Assembly: GCA_049520815.1 (NCBI GenBank)
Contig: JBEKPL010000007.1
Span: 3-64,002, forward strand
DNA length: 64,000 nt
Direction of reading: 5' to 3'
DNA from: Candidatus Limnocylindrales bacterium
GTDB lineage: Bacteria; Chloroflexota; Limnocylindria; Limnocylindrales; CSP1-4
In this document: positions 31,828 to 40,651 of the stretch, piece by piece
Numbering within the stretch: position 1 is the stretch's first letter
Layout: each line of letters begins with the position of its first letter
Program-made: the position numbers and the translations under genes
Notes under the pieces: generated by a model
What the model was told of the DNA's origin: nothing
The model's database searches: none
What the model saw: the letters and a program-made list of their open reading frames with translations, nothing else

Positions 31828-33347
31828 GACGCACTTCCTGCAATCGCTTGCATGATTCCCTTCTCATCGACTTGGCCGGAGAATTCGTTCACCTTGGCCC
31901 GGTCCCGCATGACGACGATACGATGGCTTGTCCGTAGCACCTCGTCCAGCTCAGACGAGACGAACACGCATGACTTGCCCTCCTCAGCGAGCGAGAGGAC
32001 CAGCTTCTGGATGTCAGCCTTCGTCCCGACGTCGATACCCCGAGTAGGCTCGTCGAGGATGAGGAGTCGGGGATTGGCAGCCAGCCAGCGAGCGAGGATC
32101 ACCTTCTGCTGATTGCCGCCACTCAGGTTCTTGACCAGCTGGTCCGCTGTCGGAGTGGTGATGTTCAGCAACTTGATGTACTTGTCCGCGATCTCGTATT
32201 GCTGGCTCGTGCCGATCCGCCTGAACCAACCGAGGCCGGCCTGCAAAGCGAGGATGATGTTCTCCCTGACGCTGAGGTCGGCGACGATGCCTTCGACCTT
32301 CCGGTCTTCCGGGCAGAGCGCCACGCCCCGAGCGATTGACCCGGCGGGAGAGTAATCCTTGACCGGCTTTCCATCCATGACTACCTTGCCGATGTCCGGC
32401 CTATCGATGCCGAAGAGCAGGTTCACCAGTTCAGTGCGGCCCGACCCCAGCAAGCCGGCAATGCCCACGACCTCGCCTGCGTGAAGCACCAGGTCGAAGG
32501 GTTCGATCGAATTGGTGAGGCCTACATCATCGGCTTTGAGGAGGGGCTCCGCGGAGATGTGGCGGCTGCTCTCGATCTTGTGGGCGGTCATGTCGTCGAG
32601 GTCGGCGATGGTCCGACCAAGCATCAGGCGGATAAGCTCGAGTCGAGACACGGAAGCCGTCGCATACGTGCCGACGAGCGCACCGTTCCTCAGAACCGTG
32701 ACCCGGTCAGAAACCTCGTAGACCTGGTTGAGGAAGTGGGTGATGAAGATGATCGCGATGCCCTCGCTCTTGAGCTTGCGCATGACCTTGAACAGCTGCG
32801 CCGTCTCGTGGGCGGTAAGGCTGGACGTGGGCTCGTCGAAGATCAGGACCTTGGCGTTGGAAATGGCAAGAGCTCGGGCGATAGCCACCATCTGCTGGAT
32901 TGCGACCGAGTAGGAGCCGAGCGGCTGGGTTACGTCGATGTCGATGTCCAGCTGCTTCAAGAACTCTCTGGCTCGGGCGTTGAGAGCCTTCCAATTGATG
33001 GCGATGCCCAGGCGCCTGGGCTGCCGCCCAATCAGGAGGTTCTCGGCGACGGTCAGGTTCGGGCACAGGTTGATTTCTTGATACACCGTGCTGATGCCGA
33101 GCTGCTGAGCCTGCAACGGAGAGTGGATCGAGACGATCCGACCGTCGAACTCAATGGTGCCCTCGTCGGCACGATCGACCCCCGTCAGGATCTTGATCAG
33201 CGTCGACTTCCCCGCTCCGTTCTCGCCCACAAGAGCATGGATCTCTCCCCTGCCGACGGAGAAGCTCACCTTCTGGAGCGCATGGACACCAGGGAACGTC
33301 TTGTCGATGCCCGTCATTACGACGATGTCGCGATTGGTGTCTGGCAT
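31824..33347 (-). CDS. sugar ABC transporter ATP-binding protein with duplicated ATPase domains (YtfR/RbsA-like)
   Basis: Walker A (GENGAGKST) and LSGGNQQK in the second half. About 500 aa, the length of a fused double-ATPase sugar importer. Confidence 0.93.
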   Translation of the reverse strand: MPDTNRDIVVMTGIDKTFPGVHALQKVSFSVGRGEIHALVGENGAGKSTLIKILTGVDRADEGTIEFDGRIVSIHSPLQAQQLGISTVYQEINLCPNLTVAENLLIGRQPRRLGIAINWKALNARAREFLKQLDIDIDVTQPLGSYSVAIQQMVAIARALAISNAKVLIFDEPTSSLTAHETAQLFKVMRKLKSEGIAIIFITHFLNQVYEVSDRVTVLRNGALVGTYATASVSRLELIRLMLGRTIADLDDMTAHKIESSRHISAEPLLKADDVGLTNSIEPFDLVLHAGEVVGIAGLLGSGRTELVNLLFGIDRPDIGKVVMDGKPVKDYSPAGSIARGVALCPEDRKVEGIVADLSVRENIILALQAGLGWFRRIGTSQQYEIADKYIKLLNITTPTADQLVKNLSGGNQQKVILARWLAANPRLLILDEPTRGIDVGTKADIQKLVLSLAEEGKSCVFVSSELDEVLRTSHRIVVMRDRAKVNEFSGQVDEKGIMQAIAGSAS

Positions 33348-33541
33348 TGAATCACCTTATGGTCTTGCGGCTCGACAGAGCCAAGAGGCACGCGCCGAGA
33401 GGACTGAGCGGCGTTCCATCGCACTGTGGACGCAGAGTGCGTTGATGACAGTGCCGTTGGTAGGCCAAGGGCGGACCACCCGGCCCGAGTTCCAAGTCGC
33501 GCCACCTTGGGCCCACCGTTCGGCCCAGTAGACCGTTCATC

Positions 33542-33576
33542 GAAAGGGAGAAGCGGCGTCGCCGCTTCTCCCTTTC
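33542..33576 (-). terminator. 35-bp perfect palindrome between the SBP and ATPase genes (intercistronic hairpin, attenuator or mRNA stabiliser)
   Basis: GAAAGGGAGAAGCGGCG-T-CGCCGCTTCTCCCTTTC with 17-nt arms, 52 nt downstream of the SBP stop. Confidence 0.5.
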
Positions 33577-33627
33577 TCGTCCTATTCGCTACATCGACTC
33601 CGAAGGGTCAACGTACCGAACGGGGCC

Positions 33628-34629
33628 TTAGTACTTGCGAGTGGCCAGGATGGCCTTCAGCGCGTCAGCACCCTGCGCGGCGAAGAACTTGCCCTCCTGC
33701 GAGGGGACCCACGCCGGCTGGCCGGTAACGCCGTTGAGGCCGTCAAGGGCGGCCTTGTAGACCTGGGGGGCCAGGAGCGGGTTGCACTCGATGTCAGCGC
33801 CCAGCTCACCGGTGATGAGGTACTTGAAGCCGTCGGCGGTCGCATCGACGCCGACGAACACGATGTCCGTGCCGGCCTTCATGCCAGCTGCATCGACGGC
33901 CTGGATGCCGGCGATGGCCAGTTCGTCGTTGTGGCCATAGACGCCATTGATCTGGTTCGGGTACTTCTTGAGGAAGGCCTCCATGATGGCCTTACCCTGC
34001 ACGGGGTCCCAACCCGGGGCGGACTGCATGTCCAGGACCTTCATGCTGCAGAGACTGAGCTTCTCGCGGAAGCCCTTGTCGCGGTCGATAGCGGCCGAAG
34101 CGGCCTGGTCGCCGCCGATCTCGACGACGTTAGTGCCGCTCTTGCCCTTCAGGAGGTCGCACATGGCGGCGGCGCTGTCCTGGCCTTCCTTGTCGAAGTC
34201 CGAGCCGATGTACGTGTAGTACAGGTTCGAGGCGGCGTCGATGCGGCGGTCTTCGATAACGACCACCTTGTTGGCGGCCTTGGCTGCCTTGAGGACGTCG
34301 TCATAGCCGGCCGTGCCAACGGCCGCGAGAACGATCACGTTGACCGCCGGGTCCTGGATGAACCCGTTGAACGCCGTGATCTGGTTCTCGATCTTGTTCT
34401 GGGAGTCGTAGAACTTGAGGGTGATGCCGTTGGCGGTCGCGGTCTCCTTGAAGGAGGAGGTGTTCGCGGCTCGCCAGCCGGACTCGGACCCGGTCTGGAT
34501 GAACCCGACCGTCATGTCCTTGTACGTGTAGACCTTAGGGCTTGGGCTCGCGGCCGACGACGAGCAAGCGGCAAACACTGTCGCCAGTACGATCGACAGG
34601 CCGATCCGAAGTGATCGAGACTTCGTCAT
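33628..34629 (-). CDS. ABC transporter substrate-binding lipoprotein, YtfQ-like (furanose-binding family)
   Basis: Lipobox (VFAACSS). VGFIQTGSESGWRAANTSSFKE resembles the remembered E. coli YtfQ sequence VGFSQVGSESGWRAAET. Confidence 0.9.
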   Translation of the reverse strand: MTKSRSLRIGLSIVLATVFAACSSSAASPSPKVYTYKDMTVGFIQTGSESGWRAANTSSFKETATANGITLKFYDSQNKIENQITAFNGFIQDPAVNVIVLAAVGTAGYDDVLKAAKAANKVVVIEDRRIDAASNLYYTYIGSDFDKEGQDSAAAMCDLLKGKSGTNVVEIGGDQAASAAIDRDKGFREKLSLCSMKVLDMQSAPGWDPVQGKAIMEAFLKKYPNQINGVYGHNDELAIAGIQAVDAAGMKAGTDIVFVGVDATADGFKYLITGELGADIECNPLLAPQVYKAALDGLNGVTGQPAWVPSQEGKFFAAQGADALKAILATRKY

Positions 34630-35180
34630 TGGTTGGTCTCCGTGTGTGTTACGGGCAGTAGTGGAGCTCTTCGTGCAACCGTCCGGATTGAGCAGCTCTC
34701 CGCTGCCTCGTCGGGATGTGCGACTCCGACTTGTGCCAGGTCCTCGCCTCCATTCGTCTCAGGTAGGGTCTGACGCCATTGGCACCTCCTCCAAGACGGC
34801 CAGCAGGGTCAGGTTCTCGCCGCGCAGGCAGCAGATCCTCGGCGCGGGAGTCCTCCTCCCCGGTTTCCTTCACTCCCCAGAGCACTGATGTGTAGGGCCT
34901 AGATGGATCAGCGATGGGCGATGCCATTGCGACGCGGCGCAAGGCGACTCAGTATGGCAGATCGTCTTCCGGCGCCATCGAACAGCCTTGCCGAGGTGCC
35001 GGCGATATTGCCTGCGGTCCCCGTTTGCGCGTCCCCCAGTCCGCCGCCTCCGCAGCGGGCTGCTGCGTAACGCGCTTCGACCTTGGCTTCACAAGGATAG
35101 TGCTGAAGTCGCTGGCAAGCAACCGTGATGGGGCTTCTCCTGGCCCCTGACCTCGTCGTTGCGGGTTTGTTAGGCCGATG

Positions 35181-35224
35181 TTATCGTTCCCGGTAACGGT
35201 AACGGGAGCGCTAGCCAGGCTAGC
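35181..35224. promoter_or_regulatory. candidate LacI-family operator region
   Basis: Imperfect palindrome TTATCG-TTCC-CGGTAA (35181-35196), the direct repeat GGTAACGGTAAC, and a perfect palindrome GCTAGCC-A-GGCTAGC (35210-35224). These lie 110-150 nt upstream of the LacI-type regulator. Confidence 0.3.
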
Positions 35225-35333
35225 ATGTGCGTCAGAGGCGAGTCAATAGGCCAAAGACGTGCGTCAAGGGGCCAAGCCATGCGCTGGCCACGCAGTAGTT
35301 GCCGGCTCTCGACCAGCGGGAAGGATTAGGGAC

Positions 35334-36479
35334 ATGGCCAGAGGGAAGCGCCTGACCATCCGCGACGTTGCTGCGGCCGCCGGCGTCTCAACTCAGACCG
35401 TGTCTCGCGTGATCAACAACCGGCCCGATGTGGCCCCGGGGACCCTCGAGCGAGTCCGGGAAGTCATTCGAGAGACAGGCTACGCGCCCAACATGCTCGC
35501 CCGTGGCTTGACTCAAGGTAGAAGCCACGTTCTGGGGGTGGTCGCCTACGGGCTCGAGTACTTCGGCCCCTCTCGCGTCGTCAGCGCAATCGAGCGCCAG
35601 GCCGCCGAGATGGGCTACGGGATCTCGCTCAATCTGATTCTGGAGCCCGAGACAGACAACGTAGACAACGTTCTCAGAAGCCTGCGCTCACGCCAGGTCG
35701 ACGGGATCATCTGGGCGATTCCGGAGGTCAGCAACAACCGCGCCTGGTCGCGAACGAAGAGCGCCGATCTGCCCGTCCCTGTGATGCTGGTTGGGGGCAT
35801 GGCCGGCACGACCTACCTCCCCTCCATAGGCATCGACAATGCCGCGATCGGCTGCCTGGCCACCGAGCACCTGCTCGCCGGCGGCGGTCGCTACGTGGGC
35901 ATCGTGACCGGCCCGCTAACCTGGTGGGAGGCTCAGCAGCGCCTGGACGGCTGGCGCCAGACGATCGCGGCGGCCGGACGCGAGGTCGAGGAACGCCTCA
36001 TCTTCGAGGGCGATTGGACCGTGTCCAGCGGAGAGCAGGGCCTGTACCGAATGCTCGAGGCCTGCCCCGAGATAGACGCCGTCTTCGCCAGCAACGACCA
36101 GATGGCTCTCGGCGTTCTCCACGCGGCTCACAGGCTCGGCCGGAAGGTGCCAGACGAGCTCTCCGTCGTAGGCGTAGACAACATCGCCGAGGCATCGCAT
36201 TTCTGGCCGCCCCTGACGACGGTCCACCAGCCGCTGCAGGACGCCGGGGCGCTCGCCGTCCGGGAGATCGACCTGCTGATCAAGAAGTCGCGCCAGACAC
36301 GGCGCACGCAGGAGTCGGCCCCCGAGGTCATCCTGCTGCAGCCCCAGCTCATCGTCCGTGAAAGCGCCCGCCGTGTGGAGCCAGTCCAGCTCTCGGTTCC
36401 GCTGCCGGAGACCATAGCTCTGCCTGCCCAGCCTGCCCTCAGCAACCAGCCGATCGAGGCCCGGACCCCCGTCAGCTGA
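35334..36479 (+). CDS. LacI family transcriptional regulator (probable arabinose-operon repressor)
   Basis: HTH (TIRDVAAAAGVSTQTVSRVINN) plus a periplasmic-binding-protein-like effector domain. Divergent from the ara operon. Confidence 0.9.
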   Translation: MARGKRLTIRDVAAAAGVSTQTVSRVINNRPDVAPGTLERVREVIRETGYAPNMLARGLTQGRSHVLGVVAYGLEYFGPSRVVSAIERQAAEMGYGISLNLILEPETDNVDNVLRSLRSRQVDGIIWAIPEVSNNRAWSRTKSADLPVPVMLVGGMAGTTYLPSIGIDNAAIGCLATEHLLAGGGRYVGIVTGPLTWWEAQQRLDGWRQTIAAAGREVEERLIFEGDWTVSSGEQGLYRMLEACPEIDAVFASNDQMALGVLHAAHRLGRKVPDELSVVGVDNIAEASHFWPPLTTVHQPLQDAGALAVREIDLLIKKSRQTRRTQESAPEVILLQPQLIVRESARRVEPVQLSVPLPETIALPAQPALSNQPIEARTPVS

Positions 36480-36507
36480 ACGCCCGGCCGTAGGGCGCAC
36501 TGCGGCA

Positions 36508-36537
36508 TTGACAGGATTTCTCCACGTCCCTTAGACT
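36508..36537 (+). promoter_or_regulatory. sigma-70-type promoter candidate
   Basis: TTGACA (36508-36513), an 18-nt spacer, then TAGACT (36532-36537). Confidence 0.45.
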
Positions 36538-36704
36538 CCCGCAGGTCTGCCAGAAGGGCAGCCGTTCACGAGGTGTGTCGTGCGCAATCTGACCAATGCA
36601 CCGGCCGGAGCCGCTGAAGCGAGCGGTAATCCCGGCGTGCGCGGGAGATTTGCGCCCACCGAGAGCTAGCCCCGGGGCGGCAGTGCCGCCCGGACGAACC
36701 TCTG

Positions 36705-36737
36705 AGCCGTGGGCCAGATCGGGCCCTCGGCTTTTTT
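36705..36737 (+). terminator. intrinsic terminator closing a roughly 190-nt leader or sRNA
   Basis: GCCGTGGGCC-AGATC-GGGCCCTCGGC followed by TTTTTT. Confidence 0.6.
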
Positions 36738-36848
36738 GATGCCCCCGGCAGGCGACACGCGCCTCCGCGGCGAGCCGCGAGCCCCTCCCATTTGTACCCA
36801 GCTCGCGGTTCCTCCACGCCGCGAGCCTTCCACCACGAGGCAGGTGAC

Positions 36849-37727
36849 ATGAGCGTCGCGGTCCTGCAGCCAACTCAATCGCCGGCTCCGAACCGGCCCG
36901 CCGTCCAACCTGTCACCGGTCCGGCAGCCCTCATCGTCGACCACGCTACCAAACGTTTTCGCGTCGACCGGCGCAAGCCGCCGGTATTGGCCGTGGACGA
37001 CTTCTCGGTCCGGATCGAGCGGGGCGAGATCTACGGCCTCCTCGGAGCAAACGGTAGTGGCAAATCCACGGTCATTCGCCTCGTCAGCGGCCTGCTGACG
37101 CTCGACGAGGGTCGGGTCGAGGTCTTCGGCCACGACCTCGCTCGAGACGAGATGGCGGTCAAGAGACTGATCAATCGGGTCAGCGTCGATGCCGCCTTCT
37201 TCAAGAAGCTCTCGCCGGCCGAGAACCTCTCGTTCGCGGCTCGCCTGTACGGTCTCGATACTCGCGAAGCCCGTCGAAAGGCGGTCGAGATCATGGCCCG
37301 GCTTGGCATCGGCGAGAAACGAATGGGCAGGCCGGTCGAGCAGATGAGCCGGGGCATGCAGCAGAAGGTCGCGATCGCCAGGGCGATCCTGACGAGTCCG
37401 GCGCTGCTCCTCCTCGACGAGCCCACCACCGGCCTGGACCCGCGCTCCAAGCTCGACGTCCAGGCATTCGTCGAAGAGCTCCAGGCCGATCACGACGCGA
37501 CGATCCTGCTGACCACGCACGACCTCGCGGAAGCGGATCGGCTGTGTGGACGGATCGGGATCCTCTCCGGCGGTCGACTGGCGGCGGAGGGCACACCCGA
37601 CCATCTGAAGGCTCAGGTCGCGCTCGAGCACGGCATGCCGCCGACTCTCGAGAGCGCCTTCATGCAGTACACCGGGCGCTCCCTCGACGACGACGTCGAG
37701 GAGGCCGACGCCGATCTGGCCGAATAG
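36849..37727 (+). CDS. ABC transporter ATP-binding protein (ABC-2/DrrA-like exporter)
   Basis: Walker A (GANGSGKST), signature (MSRGMQQK) and Walker B (LLLLDEPT). Start at ATG 36849 (MSVAVLQ). Confidence 0.9.
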   Translation: MSVAVLQPTQSPAPNRPAVQPVTGPAALIVDHATKRFRVDRRKPPVLAVDDFSVRIERGEIYGLLGANGSGKSTVIRLVSGLLTLDEGRVEVFGHDLARDEMAVKRLINRVSVDAAFFKKLSPAENLSFAARLYGLDTREARRKAVEIMARLGIGEKRMGRPVEQMSRGMQQKVAIARAILTSPALLLLDEPTTGLDPRSKLDVQAFVEELQADHDATILLTTHDLAEADRLCGRIGILSGGRLAAEGTPDHLKAQVALEHGMPPTLESAFMQYTGRSLDDDVEEADADLAE

Positions 37728-37740
37728 GCGGAGCCGCCAG

Positions 37741-37974
37741 ATGACCGGATCGGACCCAACACAGGAAAGGGATACCAGGTTGTTCAACTACCAGATCGCC
37801 AAGATCGTTCACGACGAACGGCAGCGAGAGATCGAGCGGCGGCTGCGCTTCCAACGCGAAGCGCCCGAAGCCCCGCCGCGCCTCTCCGTACGCAAGCGCC
37901 TCGGACACGGACTGATCCGGATCGGATCGTCGCTCGCGTCCGACGGCCCACTCCAGCTGGCCGCCCGACGCTGA
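37741..37974 (+). CDS. small hypothetical protein between the ABC ATPase and permease genes
   Basis: 77-aa ORF with a charged helix (HDERQREIERRLRF) and then RKRLGHGLIRIGSSLA. Its architecture is shared with ORF 52024..52239. Confidence 0.4.
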   Translation: MTGSDPTQERDTRLFNYQIAKIVHDERQREIERRLRFQREAPEAPPRLSVRKRLGHGLIRIGSSLASDGPLQLAARR

Positions 37975-38010
37975 GGCGCCGGGCGGCTACGCCCCAAAGG
38001 AGACTCAACC

Positions 38011-38811
38011 GTGACCGCACTAACTCGCGAGGCGCGCGCCGGCTACGCCTTCGTCGAGCGCAACTTCAACCTGACGAAACGCTACTTCGGCTGGGAGGTC
38101 GCCTTCCTGGTCTACGCCGTCGCGGGCGCCCTGTCCGTCTCCCTCATCGGCCAGTCCGTTGGCGATCGCCGTCTCCTCATGTCTCTCGTGATCGGCGCGG
38201 TCTTCTGGAACTACCTGTCGGTCGTCTTCCAGTCGATCGGCGACACGATCACCTGGGAACGCTGGGAGGGCACTCTCGAGTACACGATGATGGCGCCGGT
38301 CAGGCGCTCGGTTCAGCTACTCGGCTCGGCCCTGTACGCGGTCATCTACGGCCTCATCCATACCGCGATCCTGCTGGCCATCCTGGCGCTGTTCTTCTCG
38401 CTCGACCTGGGCAAGGCGAACTTCGCCGCGGCGGCGCTCTTCATGGGCGTTGGCTCGGCCAGCTTCATCGGCGTCGGCATGCTGGCCGCGATCCTGCCGA
38501 TGATGTCGGTCGAGCGCGGCTCGCAGATGGTCTTCGTGTTGCAGTCGTGCCTGCTGCTCGTCAGCGGCGTCTACTACCCCACAACCATCCTGCCCGGCTG
38601 GATGCAGCTCGTGTCGCGCATCTCGCCGGCCACCTACGTGCTCGACGCGGTCCGCAAGGCGCTCATCGACGGCGCGTCGGCGAGCCAGCTGCTGCCCGAC
38701 CTGTGGCCGCTGCTGGTCATGGCCTTCGTCTTCATCCCGGTCGGGCTGTGGGGCTTCGGTCAGGCCGAGCGCTACGCCAAGCGGACCGGCAAGCTCAAGA
38801 GGGTTGGCTAG
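38011..38811 (+). CDS. ABC-2 type transporter permease
   Basis: 266 aa with six hydrophobic helices, directly downstream of the ATPase. Confidence 0.85.
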   Translation: MTALTREARAGYAFVERNFNLTKRYFGWEVAFLVYAVAGALSVSLIGQSVGDRRLLMSLVIGAVFWNYLSVVFQSIGDTITWERWEGTLEYTMMAPVRRSVQLLGSALYAVIYGLIHTAILLAILALFFSLDLGKANFAAAALFMGVGSASFIGVGMLAAILPMMSVERGSQMVFVLQSCLLLVSGVYYPTTILPGWMQLVSRISPATYVLDAVRKALIDGASASQLLPDLWPLLVMAFVFIPVGLWGFGQAERYAKRTGKLKRVG

Positions 38812-38813
38812 CC

Positions 38814-39932
38814 ATGACATCGATTGGTGGCCCCGGCGAACCCGGCGGGTCGCAGCCGGGGCAGCTGCTTGCCTGGGGTTGGGACGAGGACTGGGCAGGG
38901 GCGTTCGCGCCGAGCGCCGCCGCCGGCCTGACCCCGGCAAGGGTCATCGCCCAGCATCGCGGCCGCTGGCTGCTGACCGGAGAGCCCGGCGAGCGGTCGG
39001 CCGAGCTGACCGGCAAGTTCCGCCACGAAGCCGAAGAGGGCGACCTCCCGGCCGTGGGCGATTGGGTCGGCTGCGTCCGGTCGCCGCACCACGGCGGAGC
39101 TCGCATCGAGGCGATCCTGCCTCGCCGCTCCGCGTTCGCCAGGCGCGCGGCCGGGTCCGGGGTGGCTGTGCAGGTCGTGGCCGCCAACGTGGACGTGCTC
39201 TTCGTGGTGACGTCGCTCAACGGCGACCTCAACCCGCGCCGCCTGGAGCGCTACGTGGCAATGGGCCGGGAGTCCGGCGCGGAACCGGTGGTGCTCCTCA
39301 CCAAGGCCGACCTCAGCGACGATGCCGACGCTCGCGCTGCGCGCCTCACGGACGAGCTGCGCGTCTCGGTCGTTGCCCTCAGCGCTCGCACCGGCCAGGG
39401 GATCGAGGCGGTCGGTCGCTGGTTCGAGGCCGGACGGACGCTCGCCCTGGTGGGATCGTCGGGCGTAGGCAAATCGACGCTGCTCAACCGGCTCGCCGGC
39501 GAGGAGCTGATGGTCACCCGAGAGATCCGCGAGGACGACTCTCGGGGCCGCCACACCACAAGCCATCGCCAGCTGTTCCGCCTCCCCGGCGGCGCGCTCA
39601 TGCTCGACACACCCGGGATGCGCGAGCTCGGGCTGTGGGACGCAGAAGACGGGGTCGACGAGACCTTCGCGGAGATGGTCGAGCTGGCCGCTCGATGCCG
39701 CTTCGCCGACTGCTCCCATCGACTCGAACCCGGATGCGCCATTCGTGCGGCCGTCTCCTCCGGTCGACTCGACGAGCGGCGACTCAAGAGCTATCGGCGG
39801 CTGTCGCACGAGCTTGCGGAGCAGCCGTCCGTCGCCGCCAGGCACGCGAAGGAGCGTCGGTTCGGGAAGATGGCGCGCAACGCCGCGGCCGAAAGCATGT
39901 CCCGCAAGACGTATCGAGGCGGGGACTACTGA
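38814..39932 (+). CDS. rsgA: ribosome small-subunit-dependent GTPase A
   Basis: Circularly permuted GTPase (TKADL, GSSGVGKSTLLNRL, DTPG) with a C-terminal zinc finger (CRFADCSH..EPGCA). Start at ATG 38814. Confidence 0.92.
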   Translation: MTSIGGPGEPGGSQPGQLLAWGWDEDWAGAFAPSAAAGLTPARVIAQHRGRWLLTGEPGERSAELTGKFRHEAEEGDLPAVGDWVGCVRSPHHGGARIEAILPRRSAFARRAAGSGVAVQVVAANVDVLFVVTSLNGDLNPRRLERYVAMGRESGAEPVVLLTKADLSDDADARAARLTDELRVSVVALSARTGQGIEAVGRWFEAGRTLALVGSSGVGKSTLLNRLAGEELMVTREIREDDSRGRHTTSHRQLFRLPGGALMLDTPGMRELGLWDAEDGVDETFAEMVELAARCRFADCSHRLEPGCAIRAAVSSGRLDERRLKSYRRLSHELAEQPSVAARHAKERRFGKMARNAAAESMSRKTYRGGDY

Positions 39933-39979
39933 CGCCCTCCAGACTGCCGACCGCTGCCGGCGGCCACTGACGCAACATC

Positions 39980-40005
39980 GGCCGGCCGGTCTTGACCGGC
40001 CGGCC
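39980..40005 (+). terminator. GC-rich hairpin downstream of rsgA
   Basis: GGCCGGCCGGTC-TT-GACCGGCCGGCC with 12-nt arms and no U tract. Confidence 0.35.
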
Positions 40006-40027
40006 TCGGAGACCGATCCTCAGCGCC

Positions 40028-40615
40028 ATGGGCGGCGTCCGGACGATCTGCGGCGGGCGCCAGCTCTTCCTGATCGTGGTCCTCATGTGCGCGGCGTGCT
40101 CCGGCGCGACGCCGCCCACCGGTTCATCCTCGCCGACGTCAGACCTGCTGCGGGAGACGGAAATGGCCGGTTTCATACTCACCAGCCCGAGCTTCAGCGA
40201 AGGGGGCCAGATCCCAGTCAAGCACACGTGCGACGGCGAGAACCTCTCGCCCGCGCTGGCGTGGGAGGGCGCCCCGCAGGGTACGGTCTCGTTCGCGCTC
40301 ATAGTCGACGACCCGGACGCCCGCGGATTCATTCACTGGGTGGCCTTCGACATCAGGGGCGGATCGTCCGGCTCGTTGCCGGAAGGCGTCCGGCCGGTCG
40401 ACACGCCGCCGCAAGGTCGCAGCGACTTCGGCCAGAGAGGCTACGGCGGCCCGTGTCCCCCCAGCGGCACGCACCGCTACCGCTTCACACTCTGGGCGCT
40501 GTCCAGCCGGCTCAACCTGAGCGGCACCCCGTCCGCGGCCGAGGTCCGGACTGCGGCCACGAACCTGATGCTGGCCCAGACCACGCTGACCGCGACCTAC
40601 ACACGGCGGCACTAG
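40028..40615 (+). CDS. YbhB/YbcL (PEBP) family protein, secreted
   Basis: Signal-like N-terminus. SPAL.W...P.GT.SFALIVDDPDA...HW and GYGGPCPPSGTHRY.F.L.AL are PEBP hallmarks. Confidence 0.85.
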   Translation: MGGVRTICGGRQLFLIVVLMCAACSGATPPTGSSSPTSDLLRETEMAGFILTSPSFSEGGQIPVKHTCDGENLSPALAWEGAPQGTVSFALIVDDPDARGFIHWVAFDIRGGSSGSLPEGVRPVDTPPQGRSDFGQRGYGGPCPPSGTHRYRFTLWALSSRLNLSGTPSAAEVRTAATNLMLAQTTLTATYTRRH

Positions 40616-40651
40616 TCACGCCAGGCTCCGGGCCGCGCCCGCGCCGGCGGC

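Noticed and set aside
36580-36669. The leader ORF as a lasso-peptide precursor (Thr at -2, and Ala1...Glu7 that could form a ring)
   Set aside because: The leader would be only 6 aa, and there are no lasso cyclase or protease (B/C) genes nearby. Only an ABC-2 exporter is present. This is most likely coincidence.
36545-36737. Possible cobalamin, guanidine (ykkC) or ZTP riboswitch, SRP RNA or 6S RNA
   Set aside because: Short similarities were seen (GGUAAUCCCGGC, CGGGAGA/CCGAGAG, CCGCCCGGAC, GGUCUGCCAGAAGGGCAGCC). However, the order and spacing of the motifs do not fit the consensus of any class as I remember them. It is kept only as an unclassified structured leader.
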